DNA from: an uncultured Candidatus Cloacimonadota bacterium
GTDB lineage: Bacteria > Cloacimonadota > Cloacimonadia > Cloacimonadales > JAJBBL01
Reading direction: 5' to 3'
Assembly: GCA_964490765.1 (NCBI GenBank)
Contig: CAZBDV010000007.1
Coordinates: forward strand, 8,065-72,064
Length of the DNA stretch: 64,000 nucleotides
Under the pieces are notes generated by a model that was given only the letters and a program-made list of their open reading frames with translations, was not told the DNA's origin and searched no databases. Positions 1 through 9,742 of this stretch are shown piece after piece (within the stretch, counting starts at the first letter, position 1; each line of letters begins with the position of its first letter). The position numbers and the translations under genes were made by a program.

Positions 1-130
1 AGACTAACTGTTCTAAGAAACTCTTCTCTCTCTCAAAGTTTTGTGACCAGTGCGGGTCATGTTCTCTGATGATTATCGGGAATAGCTTCCAGAGTTCCTC
101 TTTACTCATCTCACTCAACTTTTTTCTCAT
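1..130 (-). CDS. GrpB/UPF0157-family protein, N-terminal part (runs off window start)
   Basis: Manual translation MRKKLSEMSKEELWKLFPIIIREHDPHWSQNFERE; the 'EELW.LFPI...H.P.W' N-terminus resembles GrpB-like proteins; not in ORF track. Confidence 0.55.
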   Translation of the reverse strand, partial: MRKKLSEMSKEELWKLFPIIIREHDPHWSQNFEREKSFLEQLV

Positions 131-303
131 GAGTCGAGCAACGAAGAATTATAGTTTGATGTCAATCATAATATTCATCTGAATGGTCAAAGAGTACCAA
201 CAGGCTACCATGTATAATATCAGTTACAAGAAAAGTTCTTGCCTTAGAAGTTGAGTTAGAAAATAATGTAAGCAGGAATATCAATGATATAGAGGAGATT
301 AGA

Positions 304-1092
304 GTGATGAGAAGAATTATAGTAGCCGGAAACTGGAAGATGAATAAAACAAGGTCAGAGATGCAAGACTTCATAACCAATCTGGTTACAGAGCTCGATT
401 CTTTCGAAGAGTTATTGGCTCTTCCCTTGATCTGTCCCCCTTATGTTTATCTTCAGGAAAGCAAGAGAATTTGCGGGCAGAGCAAATTAGAAATAGCAGC
501 TCAGGATGTGAGCAAATATGAGTCTGGAGCCTATACAGGTGAAATATCAGCCCCGATGCTCAGTTCAATCGGAGTGAGTTATTGTATCATTGGGCATTCT
601 GAAAGGAGAGAGTATCACAATGAAACAGACAATGAGATCCGTGATAAACTTCTCATTCTCCGCAAAGAAAGAATAGTTCCAATCATCTGTGTCGGAGAGA
701 AGCTGGAAGAGAGGGAAAAGGGCACAACTTCAGATACCATAATCAGCCAGTTATCGGAGATTTTCCGAGATGTAGAGGTTAATGATCCGGCAGAACAGAT
801 CATAGCTTATGAGCCGGTTTGGGCAATCGGAACTGGTAAGACTGCTACCCCTGAACTTGCTCAGGAGGTTCATTCACTGATCAGGGAGTGGCTTGCTGAA
901 AGATATTCATCAGATATGGCAGCAGGAATCAGCATACTTTATGGTGGTAGCGTCAAACCGGATAACTTTGCCAGCTTACTGCAGGAGCCTGATATCGACG
1001 GTGGATTGATCGGTGGAGCTTCTCTGGCGTTAGTAGACTACTTAACCCTACTGAAAACGGGTAACAGAATAGCTGGAACTTTACAATCATAA
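304..1092 (+). CDS. tpiA: triosephosphate isomerase
   Basis: AGNWKMN, IIGHSERR, AYEPVWAIGTG, YGGSV, GGASL motifs. Confidence 0.98.
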   Translation: MMRRIIVAGNWKMNKTRSEMQDFITNLVTELDSFEELLALPLICPPYVYLQESKRICGQSKLEIAAQDVSKYESGAYTGEISAPMLSSIGVSYCIIGHSERREYHNETDNEIRDKLLILRKERIVPIICVGEKLEEREKGTTSDTIISQLSEIFRDVEVNDPAEQIIAYEPVWAIGTGKTATPELAQEVHSLIREWLAERYSSDMAAGISILYGGSVKPDNFASLLQEPDIDGGLIGGASLALVDYLTLLKTGNRIAGTLQS

Positions 1093-1129
1093 TCCAGGCG
1101 AAACATAGCAGAGAGGAGAGAATACGATA

Positions 1130-2422
1130 ATGATAGATATTAAGTTCATCCGAGAGAATCCGGAAGTTATCAAAGATGCTCTGAAGAAAAAAAGATGTGA
1201 TGTCGATATCGAACAGTTACTTCAGTTCGACAGTGATAAACGGAAACTCCAGTATGCATTCGATACCGATAAAGCTCACCAGAATACGATTTCCAAAGAG
1301 ATTGCCAGTAGAAAGAAGAAAAGAGAGGATATTTCCGGCATTATAGCCGAGATGCAGAAGGTCGCAAACCGGGTCAAAGAAGCGTCTAACAACCTTAACA
1401 GGCTCAATGAACAGATCAATACGCTTCTGCAATCAATTCCCAATATTCCGGATGATACTGTTCCGGTCGGTAAGGATGAGAATGATAATAGACTTGTCAG
1501 AGAATGGAAAGGTTCAGCAGAAACCGATCAGGAAGAACCTTCTCCCCTTTTAGATCATCTGGAACTTGCAGAAGGGCTCAATTTATTGGATTTACCCCGG
1601 GGCACCAAAATCAGTGGTTCTGGTTTTCCTGTATATCGCCGCTACGGTGCCTTACTCGAACGAGCTCTTATCAATTTCATGCTCGACTATCATATAATAA
1701 ACCATAACTATCAGGAGATTGCAGTTCCTGTTCTGGTCAACCGTCAGGCTATGTTTGGCACAGGCCAGCTTCCGAAGCTGGAAGATGATATGTACCGGAT
1801 AAGCGAAGACGACCTGTTTCTAATCCCGACCGGGGAGGTTCCTGTAACAAACATCTATTCCGGCGAGATTCTCCGTCACGAGCAGTTACCTGAGAAATTC
1901 GTCACCTTTACCCCCTGTTTCCGGAGAGAGGCAGGCTCATATGGTAAGGGAACGAGAGGATTGCAGAGAATACATCAGTTCAATAAGGTCGAGATGGTCA
2001 GATTCGTCAGGCCGGAAGAGTCGGGAACTGCTCTGGAAGAGATGATAAACGAAGCAGAGAGCATTCTCAAAGCCCTGGAACTCCCTTACAGGGTAATGGA
2101 ATTGAATACATCCGATCTCAGTTTTGCCTCTGCCAGGACCTATGATCTTGAGGTCTGGACACCTGGCATGAAGAAGTATCTGGAAGTTTCATCTGTGAGC
2201 AATTTCCGTGATTTTCAAGCCAGAAGGGCATCTATCCGTTTTCGTGATGACAATGGCAGGGTGAGTTTCGTCCATACACTCAACGGATCAGGACTGGCAA
2301 CACCAAGAACCTATATTGCCATTCTGGAGCATTATCAGAATCAGGACGGTTCTATCACCGTTCCGAAAGCTCTGCAGAAGTATATGCAGGGAATGACCAG
2401 GATTGAACCTGAGGAGTGTTAA
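1130..2422 (+). CDS. serS: seryl-tRNA synthetase
   Basis: N-terminal coiled coil, FRREAG..R.HQF.KVE motif 2, HTLNGSGLA motif 3. Confidence 0.98.
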   Translation: MIDIKFIRENPEVIKDALKKKRCDVDIEQLLQFDSDKRKLQYAFDTDKAHQNTISKEIASRKKKREDISGIIAEMQKVANRVKEASNNLNRLNEQINTLLQSIPNIPDDTVPVGKDENDNRLVREWKGSAETDQEEPSPLLDHLELAEGLNLLDLPRGTKISGSGFPVYRRYGALLERALINFMLDYHIINHNYQEIAVPVLVNRQAMFGTGQLPKLEDDMYRISEDDLFLIPTGEVPVTNIYSGEILRHEQLPEKFVTFTPCFRREAGSYGKGTRGLQRIHQFNKVEMVRFVRPEESGTALEEMINEAESILKALELPYRVMELNTSDLSFASARTYDLEVWTPGMKKYLEVSSVSNFRDFQARRASIRFRDDNGRVSFVHTLNGSGLATPRTYIAILEHYQNQDGSITVPKALQKYMQGMTRIEPEEC

Positions 2423-2446
2423 ACATAAACATTATATGGTGGTTAT

Positions 2447-3370
2447 ATGAAGATACGCAAAAGTGACTCGTATCGTAACGCTGAAGCGCGAAGAATTCCG
2501 ATAGTTGCCTTCGAATCGGCAATTATCAGTCATGGACTTCCCCATCCTGATAATATCAAGCTTATAGAAGAACTTCATGAAACAGCCGGATGTCTTGGGA
2601 TTTATCTGGCAGTGATCTGGCTGGACGAGGGATATGTAAAGGTCGGTTTTGATAATCAGGAGTTGAAGAAACTGGCTTCAGACGAGAATAGAACCAAAGT
2701 TTCCGGAAGAGATATACCGTATGTTCTGGCTACCGGGTTGACCGGAGGAACCACCGTTTCTGCTACTCTACTTCTGGCCAGAAGACTCGGTTTACAGGTT
2801 TTTGCTACCGGCGGCCTGGGTGGTGTGCATTACCGTGCCGAGACATCATTCGATATCTCAAACGATATCTATGCGCTCTCCAGAAATCCTCTTGTTGTTG
2901 TCTCTGCCGGGATTAAGTCTGTTCTCGATGTAGCCAAGACACTGGAATTGTTCGAGACATTTGGTATTCCGATTTTCGGTTATCAGACAGATACTCTACC
3001 CCTCTTTTACTCCCGATCTTCAGAATATAGCATCAAATCGGTGCAAGATGTGAAAGAGATCTGCCGGCTGTATGATCTGCATAGAACCCTGGATCTCTCA
3101 TCGTCAATGATAGTTGCCAATCCCGTCCCGGAAGAGTGGAGTATCCCGGCTGAAGATATAGATTGCCTGCTCGAGAAGGCAATCAGAGAAGCTGAGAAAC
3201 ATGCGATTTCCGGATCTGACGTAACCCCATTCCTGCTTCACAAGCTGAGTCAGTCAAACCTAAACACGGTTAAAACCAATATCGAACTGGTAAAGAACAA
3301 TGTCAGGCTGGCAGCAGATATTGCCATTCATCTCAAGCGTTACTCTGAGAATCGGGAAAGCAATGATTAA
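2447..3370 (+). CDS. psuG: pseudouridine-5'-phosphate glycosidase
   Basis: VAFESAIISHG, GGTTVSAT, FATGGLGGVH, GIKSVLD, VTPFLL, N.ELVKNN motifs. Confidence 0.9.
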   Translation: MKIRKSDSYRNAEARRIPIVAFESAIISHGLPHPDNIKLIEELHETAGCLGIYLAVIWLDEGYVKVGFDNQELKKLASDENRTKVSGRDIPYVLATGLTGGTTVSATLLLARRLGLQVFATGGLGGVHYRAETSFDISNDIYALSRNPLVVVSAGIKSVLDVAKTLELFETFGIPIFGYQTDTLPLFYSRSSEYSIKSVQDVKEICRLYDLHRTLDLSSSMIVANPVPEEWSIPAEDIDCLLEKAIREAEKHAISGSDVTPFLLHKLSQSNLNTVKTNIELVKNNVRLAADIAIHLKRYSENRESND

Positions 3371-3421
3371 GATAAAAGTTCATTACTCTATTTTTTGCGT
3401 TAGAAAGCAGAAAGGTGAAGG

Positions 3422-5548
3422 ATGAAGATACGGAGCGATTTAGAAAACAGGATATTTATCACTTTCTTTGTCATCGTTTTTGTCCTGATCCTTCTCATGA
3501 CCCTGGCAGAATGGATGGTGATTACCCATCTGATCAACCAGCATGAAGACAGAGAGATCAACAGCAGAATTGTACGTATTGAAAGTGTTCTCAGCAATTT
3601 CACCTCAGAACGGACCAATCTTGTAGTCAATCTGGCAAATAATCCGGTTCTGGCAAGAGCTATAGCCGATCAGAATAACAGGCAGATTGCTGATGTATTA
3701 TCAGAGGGTTCCCGAAATTTTCAGGGGTTGTTCGCTATCTATGACTTAATAGATAACCAGTTGTTCGATCTCTACGGAGAGAGGATCGTACCACTTGAGA
3801 ATAACCTGCAGGCTATATTTAATCAGGGAATAAATCCTCCCGGTGAGTTCTTTGTTAGTATGGGAGGGAGTAGTTATTTTGTCGCGTTTGATTATCTGGA
3901 AACAGATATTCCGGTTGATACTGCAGCCCTGATCTTCTATCTGGAGGAATTCTCGCTCCGTCATCTCGGTATTTCGTTTGATTTCGATTATTACCAGATC
4001 CCCCGCTTCGAAGATATTGGGTTCTTACCGTTACCTTCAACCTTTCAGGATTCAGAATCAGATATAAAGAGAGCACTGGCCAGATCGACAGAAAACCAGA
4101 TCGAGTCAACGATCAGCAGGCTCTCTATTGATAGTGCCATGGGTCAGTTAATCCGATATGACCTGCAAAAAACTCCTAATCTCATAATTTTAATCCCCTT
4201 CGATAGGGATTTCAATGCTTTCGCTCACAGAGGTTTGCTGATTTTTGTTCTCTTACTCATGGCTATGGCATTGTTAATGATTGCTATCTCTGGTGCCTGG
4301 TTCAGCAGGCAGGTCTTATCACCCATAAAGAATATCAGCAATAAGATGCACGAGATAGAGCAGAATCCCTCCTCTCTCGAGCCGTTACCGAAGAAATATC
4401 ACGGTGTTCTCGGCAAGATGATCAATACCTTCAACTCGATGAACAAATCACTTTCACGCTACAGTCAATCTCTTCTCGACTACAAGACGATCATCAATAA
4501 TCTCGATTCGGGAATTCTCTGGATGGATGAAAATTTTGATATAATCCTCTGTAATCCCAGTATTCTGAAAATCTTCAAATTGGAAGCCTTTCAGGATATT
4601 ATTGGCAAGAACCTCAATGATTTCGTCAATCTTAGCGACCGGTCGTTTGAAAAAGCACGAAACAAAGAGCTCTTCATTCCCCATCTCGAGATTAACCATC
4701 CGCAGGAGAAGAAGATTATCAAGTTCGTTCTCTTTAATCTGAGAGCTGTTGATGATTATTCGGGGCTCCGGTTCGTGGCCAGTATTACCGATATAACAAA
4801 AGAGAGCAAGGAGGCACGAGCAAGAGAGCGTCTCGAACTGGAATTGATCAAGAGTAATAAACTGGCTGATCTGGGCAGGCTTGTTGAGGGTATTGTCCAT
4901 AATCTGAACTCCCCTCTGAACACGATCGTCGGCTATGCTCAACTGATTAAAAAAGATCATCCCGAGAATGGTGATGCGGACAAGATCATCTCTTCGGGCA
5001 GGAATATAGCCAAAATCATCAAACAGTTGATGTTAAAGGTTCGGGAAGACAGCATCTCTATGATGCGCCTGATCGATATAAATGATGTAGTTACTCAGGA
5101 ACTCGATATGTGCAGGCACAATATCTTCTTTGCCCAGCATATCAATCTGATTACCGATCTAAAACCAATCAGGCAGAAAATCAATGCTGCCCATGGAGAG
5201 ATCAGCCTCTGTATCGCCAACCTGCTTAATAATGCGATCCAGGCGATGGAGAAGAGTGAAAAGAAGGAATTGACTGTCAAAACTGACCTTGACAGGCAAA
5301 TGATAACAGTCGAGATTAGCGATACAGGTTTCGGGATACGAGATGAGGATTTACAGAAAATCTTTACCCCGGAATACTCAACCAAAAAGACATCTACCGG
5401 TGAGGGTTTCGGGCTTGGACTGCCAATGACAAAGAGTATCATAGAGAAATATAAGGGTTATGTTACCGTGCAGTCGACGATTGGTGTGGGAACTACCTTC
5501 ACAATCTTCATACCCTGGTATGGCGAAGAGAGAACAGAAAGCGAATAA
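3422..5548 (+). CDS. membrane sensor histidine kinase (2 TM, periplasmic sensor, HAMP, PAS, HisKA, HATPase); NtrB/PilS-like
   Basis: H-box GIVHNLNSPL, N-box NLLNNAIQA, G1 DTGFGI, G2 GFGLGL; directly upstream of a sigma54 activator. Confidence 0.9.
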   Translation: MKIRSDLENRIFITFFVIVFVLILLMTLAEWMVITHLINQHEDREINSRIVRIESVLSNFTSERTNLVVNLANNPVLARAIADQNNRQIADVLSEGSRNFQGLFAIYDLIDNQLFDLYGERIVPLENNLQAIFNQGINPPGEFFVSMGGSSYFVAFDYLETDIPVDTAALIFYLEEFSLRHLGISFDFDYYQIPRFEDIGFLPLPSTFQDSESDIKRALARSTENQIESTISRLSIDSAMGQLIRYDLQKTPNLIILIPFDRDFNAFAHRGLLIFVLLLMAMALLMIAISGAWFSRQVLSPIKNISNKMHEIEQNPSSLEPLPKKYHGVLGKMINTFNSMNKSLSRYSQSLLDYKTIINNLDSGILWMDENFDIILCNPSILKIFKLEAFQDIIGKNLNDFVNLSDRSFEKARNKELFIPHLEINHPQEKKIIKFVLFNLRAVDDYSGLRFVASITDITKESKEARARERLELELIKSNKLADLGRLVEGIVHNLNSPLNTIVGYAQLIKKDHPENGDADKIISSGRNIAKIIKQLMLKVREDSISMMRLIDINDVVTQELDMCRHNIFFAQHINLITDLKPIRQKINAAHGEISLCIANLLNNAIQAMEKSEKKELTVKTDLDRQMITVEISDTGFGIRDEDLQKIFTPEYSTKKTSTGEGFGLGLPMTKSIIEKYKGYVTVQSTIGVGTTFTIFIPWYGEERTESE

Positions 5549-5572
5549 AGAAATTGATAAGGAAAGAGCATA

Positions 5573-6964
5573 ATGGAAGAAAAGGCAAGAATACTGATCG
5601 TAGATGACGAAGAAGAGACCAGGCAACTGTTCAGAAGGTATCTGGAGAGTTCATACGATATCGAAGAAGCCGAATCAGCAGAGTTAGCTCTGCAAATGAT
5701 GGAACATAATGAGTATCATATGGTTATGACCGACCTCGTTATGCCGAGAGTCAATGGCCTGCAGCTCCTGAAACAGATCAAATCGTTATACCCCCACGTC
5801 GCCGTTGTGGTCATCAGTGGTAAAGCCTCGGTCCAGATGGCGGTAGAAGCTATGAAGATGGGTGCTGAAGATTTTATCGAGAAGCCGGTTGAAGATCTCG
5901 ATCTGATTAATATTGTCGTCGACAAAGTGATGCGAGTCCACTGGCAAACAGAAGAGATTACCCGTTTGAAAGAAATGCTATCTGAAGAATTCGAGCGATG
6001 TAAGGTTGCCGGTAACAGCATGGTTATCCAGAAACTGCTCGAGAAAGTGAAGATCATTGCTCCCCTCGATACGACGGTCATGATCTCCGGTGAAACAGGG
6101 GTCGGAAAAGAGGTTTTTGCCGAACTGATCTGGTATAACAGCAAAAGAAGAGAAAAGAAATTCGTCGCGGTTAACTGCGGCAGTTTACCCGATACCCTGC
6201 TCGAGAGTACTCTCTTCGGCCATAAGAAAGGCTCTTTTACTGATGCAGTCCGTGACAAGATCGGCTATTTTCAGGAAGCTAATGGAGGAACTCTCTTTCT
6301 GGATGAAGTTACCGAAACTTCTCCCGCCTTTCAGATTAAACTACTCAGAGTACTGGAAAAGGGACTTGTCAGACAGGTTGGCGGTGACACCGATATCCCG
6401 GTTAATGTAAGAATCATCACAGCTTCGAACCAGGATATCGAAGCTGAAGTCAGAAAGGGTAACTTCAGAGAAGATCTCTATTACAGACTGAATGTTATAC
6501 AACTCACTATCCCACCGCTCAGGGAGAGAACTGAAGATATTCCTTTCCTGGCCAGAGAGTTCATGCGAGAATTCTCGGAAAAGCATAAAAAACCGATCAG
6601 AGATATCTCCGACCCGGCATTGAGCCTCTTAATGAGCTATTCCTGGAAGGGAAATGTCAGAGAACTCAAAAATGCCATGGAGCATGCTGTTATTCTCGCT
6701 ACTCACAACCTGATCCTTCCTAAAGACCTCCCTGCTACAATCTATAACTCCGGTAAGTTCGAAGACTCAGAAATCGATAACAAACTACTTCTCCTGCAAT
6801 TCCATGAAGCTAAAGAACTCTTTGAAAGGGAATATGTCCAGAACCTGTTGAAAAGACACAAAGGAGACGTTACGAAAGCTGCCGAAATATCCGGTATTAA
6901 GAGGCAAAACCTCTACGAGAAGTTCTCCAAATACGCTATTGACCCTGCTAAATACAGAGAATGA
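5573..6964 (+). CDS. sigma54-dependent response regulator (REC-AAA+-Fis HTH), NtrC/PilR-like
   Basis: REC (DD, D-LVMP, KP), Walker A GETGVGKE, GSFTDA loop, LFLDEV, FREDLYYRLNV, WKGNVREL, C-terminal HTH. Confidence 0.95.
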   Translation: MEEKARILIVDDEEETRQLFRRYLESSYDIEEAESAELALQMMEHNEYHMVMTDLVMPRVNGLQLLKQIKSLYPHVAVVVISGKASVQMAVEAMKMGAEDFIEKPVEDLDLINIVVDKVMRVHWQTEEITRLKEMLSEEFERCKVAGNSMVIQKLLEKVKIIAPLDTTVMISGETGVGKEVFAELIWYNSKRREKKFVAVNCGSLPDTLLESTLFGHKKGSFTDAVRDKIGYFQEANGGTLFLDEVTETSPAFQIKLLRVLEKGLVRQVGGDTDIPVNVRIITASNQDIEAEVRKGNFREDLYYRLNVIQLTIPPLRERTEDIPFLAREFMREFSEKHKKPIRDISDPALSLLMSYSWKGNVRELKNAMEHAVILATHNLILPKDLPATIYNSGKFEDSEIDNKLLLLQFHEAKELFEREYVQNLLKRHKGDVTKAAEISGIKRQNLYEKFSKYAIDPAKYRE

Positions 6965-7017
6965 AAGGTTCTTTCAAAAATCTATCTCACCTGCTATGAA
7001 ATTGATCACTCAATCAT

Positions 7018-7066
7018 TGTCAGAATTATATGACAGTAATTCCTCGTCTGTAGTATTTGAATGACA
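7018..7066. promoter_or_regulatory. putative tandem enhancer (UAS) for sigma54 activator
   Basis: TGTCA-N8-TGACA (7018-7035) and TGTAG-N8-TGACA (7049-7066), 31 bp apart; same architecture recurs upstream of other pilin promoters. Confidence 0.6.
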
Positions 7067-7255
7067 TTAATGCCTCTAATCACGATATCGGAATTAGCTC
7101 GTTTTGTCCCTGTTTTGAGTTTTCTTCTGACTTACAGAATGAGAAAAATAAAAAAAGAAAGGTCACCGGGTTGGAGTCTTATCCTTCGATTCTAAGCTTT
7201 CATCAGCGCAGGTGATAACATCAAAACAGATAGGTGAACGATAAATTCTTTTGTC

Positions 7256-7284
7256 TTGACAGTATTATAGTTATCATATATTAG
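7256..7284 (+). promoter_or_regulatory. possible sigma70-type promoter
   Basis: TTGACA-N17-TATTAG. Confidence 0.35.
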
Positions 7285-7320
7285 TCTCATTGGTTTTTGG
7301 ATAGGAATGTTAGAATTTTA

Positions 7321-7336
7321 TGGAACATATCGTGCA
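7321..7336 (+). promoter_or_regulatory. sigma54 -24/-12 promoter of minor-pilin-like operon
   Basis: TGGAACATATCGTGCA, GG-N10-GC, ~40 bp before start codon. Confidence 0.65.
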
Positions 7337-7375
7337 TATAATAGTTAAGATTGTTAAGAGAATAGATAAGGGAAG

Positions 7376-7792
7376 GTGATTATGAACTTGGGGCAAACCT
7401 TGTTGGCTGTATTAGCTCTGACATTGCTGCTGACAATAGCTGTGAATATAAACAAGGCCCGTCTCGGAGCTGTTGCTGCTACGATAGAACAGATGGTAGA
7501 TCAGGAGGCAATCAATTTTGCTCAATCCATTCTTGAGGATTATTCCCGGAAAGCGATCACTGAAGAAGGCTATCTTGATATGAGCAGTACAACAACGACC
7601 CTGACCTTCGATTCAGGTAGAGTTCTCTATGCCGATATCGATGTTTCAGATTATACAGATTACACTCATGAGATTGATGAAATCCAGGAAGGAAAGCAGG
7701 TCATTGTCTCGATCTATGCCGAAGAAGATGAGGGAGAGTATTCCGATCTTCGGGCCCGTAACAGTGCAACTTTCTACACCTGGTGGAAATGA
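7376..7792 (+). CDS. minor pilin-like protein (PilV-like position); ATG at 7382 possible
   Basis: MNLGQ followed by ~20-aa hydrophobic helix then amphipathic helix; first of three co-oriented pilin-like genes in T4P locus. Confidence 0.6.
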   Translation: MIMNLGQTLLAVLALTLLLTIAVNINKARLGAVAATIEQMVDQEAINFAQSILEDYSRKAITEEGYLDMSSTTTTLTFDSGRVLYADIDVSDYTDYTHEIDEIQEGKQVIVSIYAEEDEGEYSDLRARNSATFYTWWK

Positions 7793-7801
7793 GGTAGATT
7801 T

Positions 7802-8302
7802 ATGAATTCAATGTTAGATATTATCCAATCGGTAATCATAGCGGGGCTGATAGCAGTGCTCGTTTTCGGTATTCATATAATGACGATGAGGACCGGCCAG
7901 GAGAACAGGGTAATTCAGCAGATGCAGGGGAAAGCGGATGCTGCCATTGCTCTGTTACAGGAGGAGATCAAAACAGCACGGCAATCTATCAGTATCTCTG
8001 CAGACAAAGATTCACTCTCTTTTGTCAATACCAGCAGCGAAGTTGTTACTATCTGGAGAGAAGAGAGAGCTCTCAAAATTTCCCGCAATGATGGAATCAA
8101 CGAGCCGGTAGAACAGAGTTTTGTTTATGATCTTGAAGAACTCGAATTCAATCTGTCCGGTAGCGATGTTATCAGAGTTGAAGTCAGGATTCAGAACAGG
8201 CCGGAAGATCTCTATGAAGGGAGTAATAGTGATCTGTATGTAACCGGCAAGAAAGATCTGTTTCTGAGGAATATGAGGATTGCTGATCTTCAGTCCCAAT
8301 GA
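7802..8302 (+). CDS. minor pilin-like protein (PilW/PulJ-like position)
   Basis: N-terminal hydrophobic helix, 'ADAAIALLQEEIKTA' helix and C-terminal 'LRN' typical of W/J-type pseudopilins. Confidence 0.6.
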   Translation: MNSMLDIIQSVIIAGLIAVLVFGIHIMTMRTGQENRVIQQMQGKADAAIALLQEEIKTARQSISISADKDSLSFVNTSSEVVTIWREERALKISRNDGINEPVEQSFVYDLEELEFNLSGSDVIRVEVRIQNRPEDLYEGSNSDLYVTGKKDLFLRNMRIADLQSQ

Positions 8303-8328
8303 TATTATCTTAACCTAGGAGGTTTAAT

Positions 8329-9528
8329 ATGGGCAAATATGCAATTATACTGGTTATCTCACTGATAATCCTGTTATCTTATTTTGTTATCTCTACGAAC
8401 AGGGCTAATACGATTGCCACTGAACGTAATGTCGAGACCTTTGCCTATAACCAGGCTAAGAATGTCTCTAACAGTGCAGCCCAGATCATTGTAAGAGAGA
8501 TCATGGAGGTCAAACCGTCCAGCAGATGGAACTACCTGATGAACACAGAGGCGAGTTCTATCAACCCTCCCCCTTATTATAGTGACTGGCGGGATTGGCC
8601 GGAACTGGAAGGTCGATACAAAATCAAGAGTCTGGCAAAGAGTGTAGAATTTGCTGATGATATCCTCTTAGTCGTTTCCGGTGAAGCACACGACAGAACC
8701 TATGACTCCAGAATCCACCTTGTTAGACGCACCAGTCAGGATCCCTATTTCGATTATGCCGTTTATGCCAGAGAAGAAATCAGTATTAATAAGCTATCTT
8801 ATGTCGATAGCTTTAATTCTGATAATGAACCCTGGAATTATGCAGGAGAACATCGGAATGGCAAGATAGCAGTTCAGGGACCCAAAGTAAGCGATACTGA
8901 TCCAATCTATATACATCAGAATAGCAATGGTGTATATGCTCCTGATGGAGAAACAAATATTGAATACGGACAGGATAAATACCTCCCGGAAATAGAGGAT
9001 CCAGGTGGTGGAACTACTTTCGATACTGGTGCAAATGAAATACATTTAGTAAACGGGACATTCAGAATAACTGAATCTTTAACACTGGCCGACAAACAAA
9101 ATATTATCATCGAAGGTGATGTAACGTTGATTATAGAAGACAACTTTTCAATGGCTGGTCAGAGTACTATTCAGATAACACCTGATTCATCACTAACGAT
9201 TTATATGATGGGAAAAAAACTAGGTATTGCTGGTAATGGAATTCTTAATGAGAATGGTTTGGCTTCCAGTATGATGATCCTCGGCGGTCCGGAATGTAAA
9301 GATATCAAACTCTCTGGTAATGGTGACATTACAGCCTGTGTATATGCTCCGGAAGCTGATATTGAAATAACAGGTAATTCTGCCGGAATTTATGGAGCAG
9401 TAGTGGGTAACAATGTTACTCTATCGGGTAATGAGGTAAGCTCCATGCACTACGACGAAGCACTGATGGGAATAGAAAGCGATTGGGTATTCTATAAGTT
9501 CAAGTACTATGTCCATTCCTGGGAATAA
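8329..9528 (+). CDS. PilX-like minor pilin with C-terminal Gly/Asn-rich beta-solenoid domain (putative tip adhesin)
   Basis: MGK + hydrophobic helix, 'QAKNVSNSAA' PilX-like helix, C-terminal G.G/VYAPEA/GAVVG/HYDEAL pattern; paralog at 17859. Confidence 0.65.
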   Translation: MGKYAIILVISLIILLSYFVISTNRANTIATERNVETFAYNQAKNVSNSAAQIIVREIMEVKPSSRWNYLMNTEASSINPPPYYSDWRDWPELEGRYKIKSLAKSVEFADDILLVVSGEAHDRTYDSRIHLVRRTSQDPYFDYAVYAREEISINKLSYVDSFNSDNEPWNYAGEHRNGKIAVQGPKVSDTDPIYIHQNSNGVYAPDGETNIEYGQDKYLPEIEDPGGGTTFDTGANEIHLVNGTFRITESLTLADKQNIIIEGDVTLIIEDNFSMAGQSTIQITPDSSLTIYMMGKKLGIAGNGILNENGLASSMMILGGPECKDIKLSGNGDITACVYAPEADIEITGNSAGIYGAVVGNNVTLSGNEVSSMHYDEALMGIESDWVFYKFKYYVHSWE

Positions 9529-9561
9529 GAATCAGAACTCAGATTTCGCAATAACAGTATT

Positions 9562-9594
9562 AAATCCCCTGCTTGTTTAGCAGGGGATTTTTTT
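9562..9594 (+). terminator. intrinsic terminator
   Basis: AAATCCCCTGCT-TGTTT-AGCAGGGGATTT + T tract. Confidence 0.85.
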
Positions 9595-9687
9595 ATTATC
9601 ACCGTCCATATTATATCGGGTTGAATATCGATAAGGATATATCGATCTGAGCGAATCTGACCTGGAAGCATCAGGCAATAACCTGAC

Positions 9688-9715
9688 AAAGAAAAACCCC
9701 TGCTGAGCAGGGGTT
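9688..9715 (-). terminator. intrinsic terminator of pilC-pilB-REC/PilT operon
   Basis: AACCCCTGCT-G-AGCAGGGGTT preceded by A tract on + strand. Confidence 0.8.
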
Positions 9716-9742
9716 CGATACATTAAAGCGTGTTATATATCT

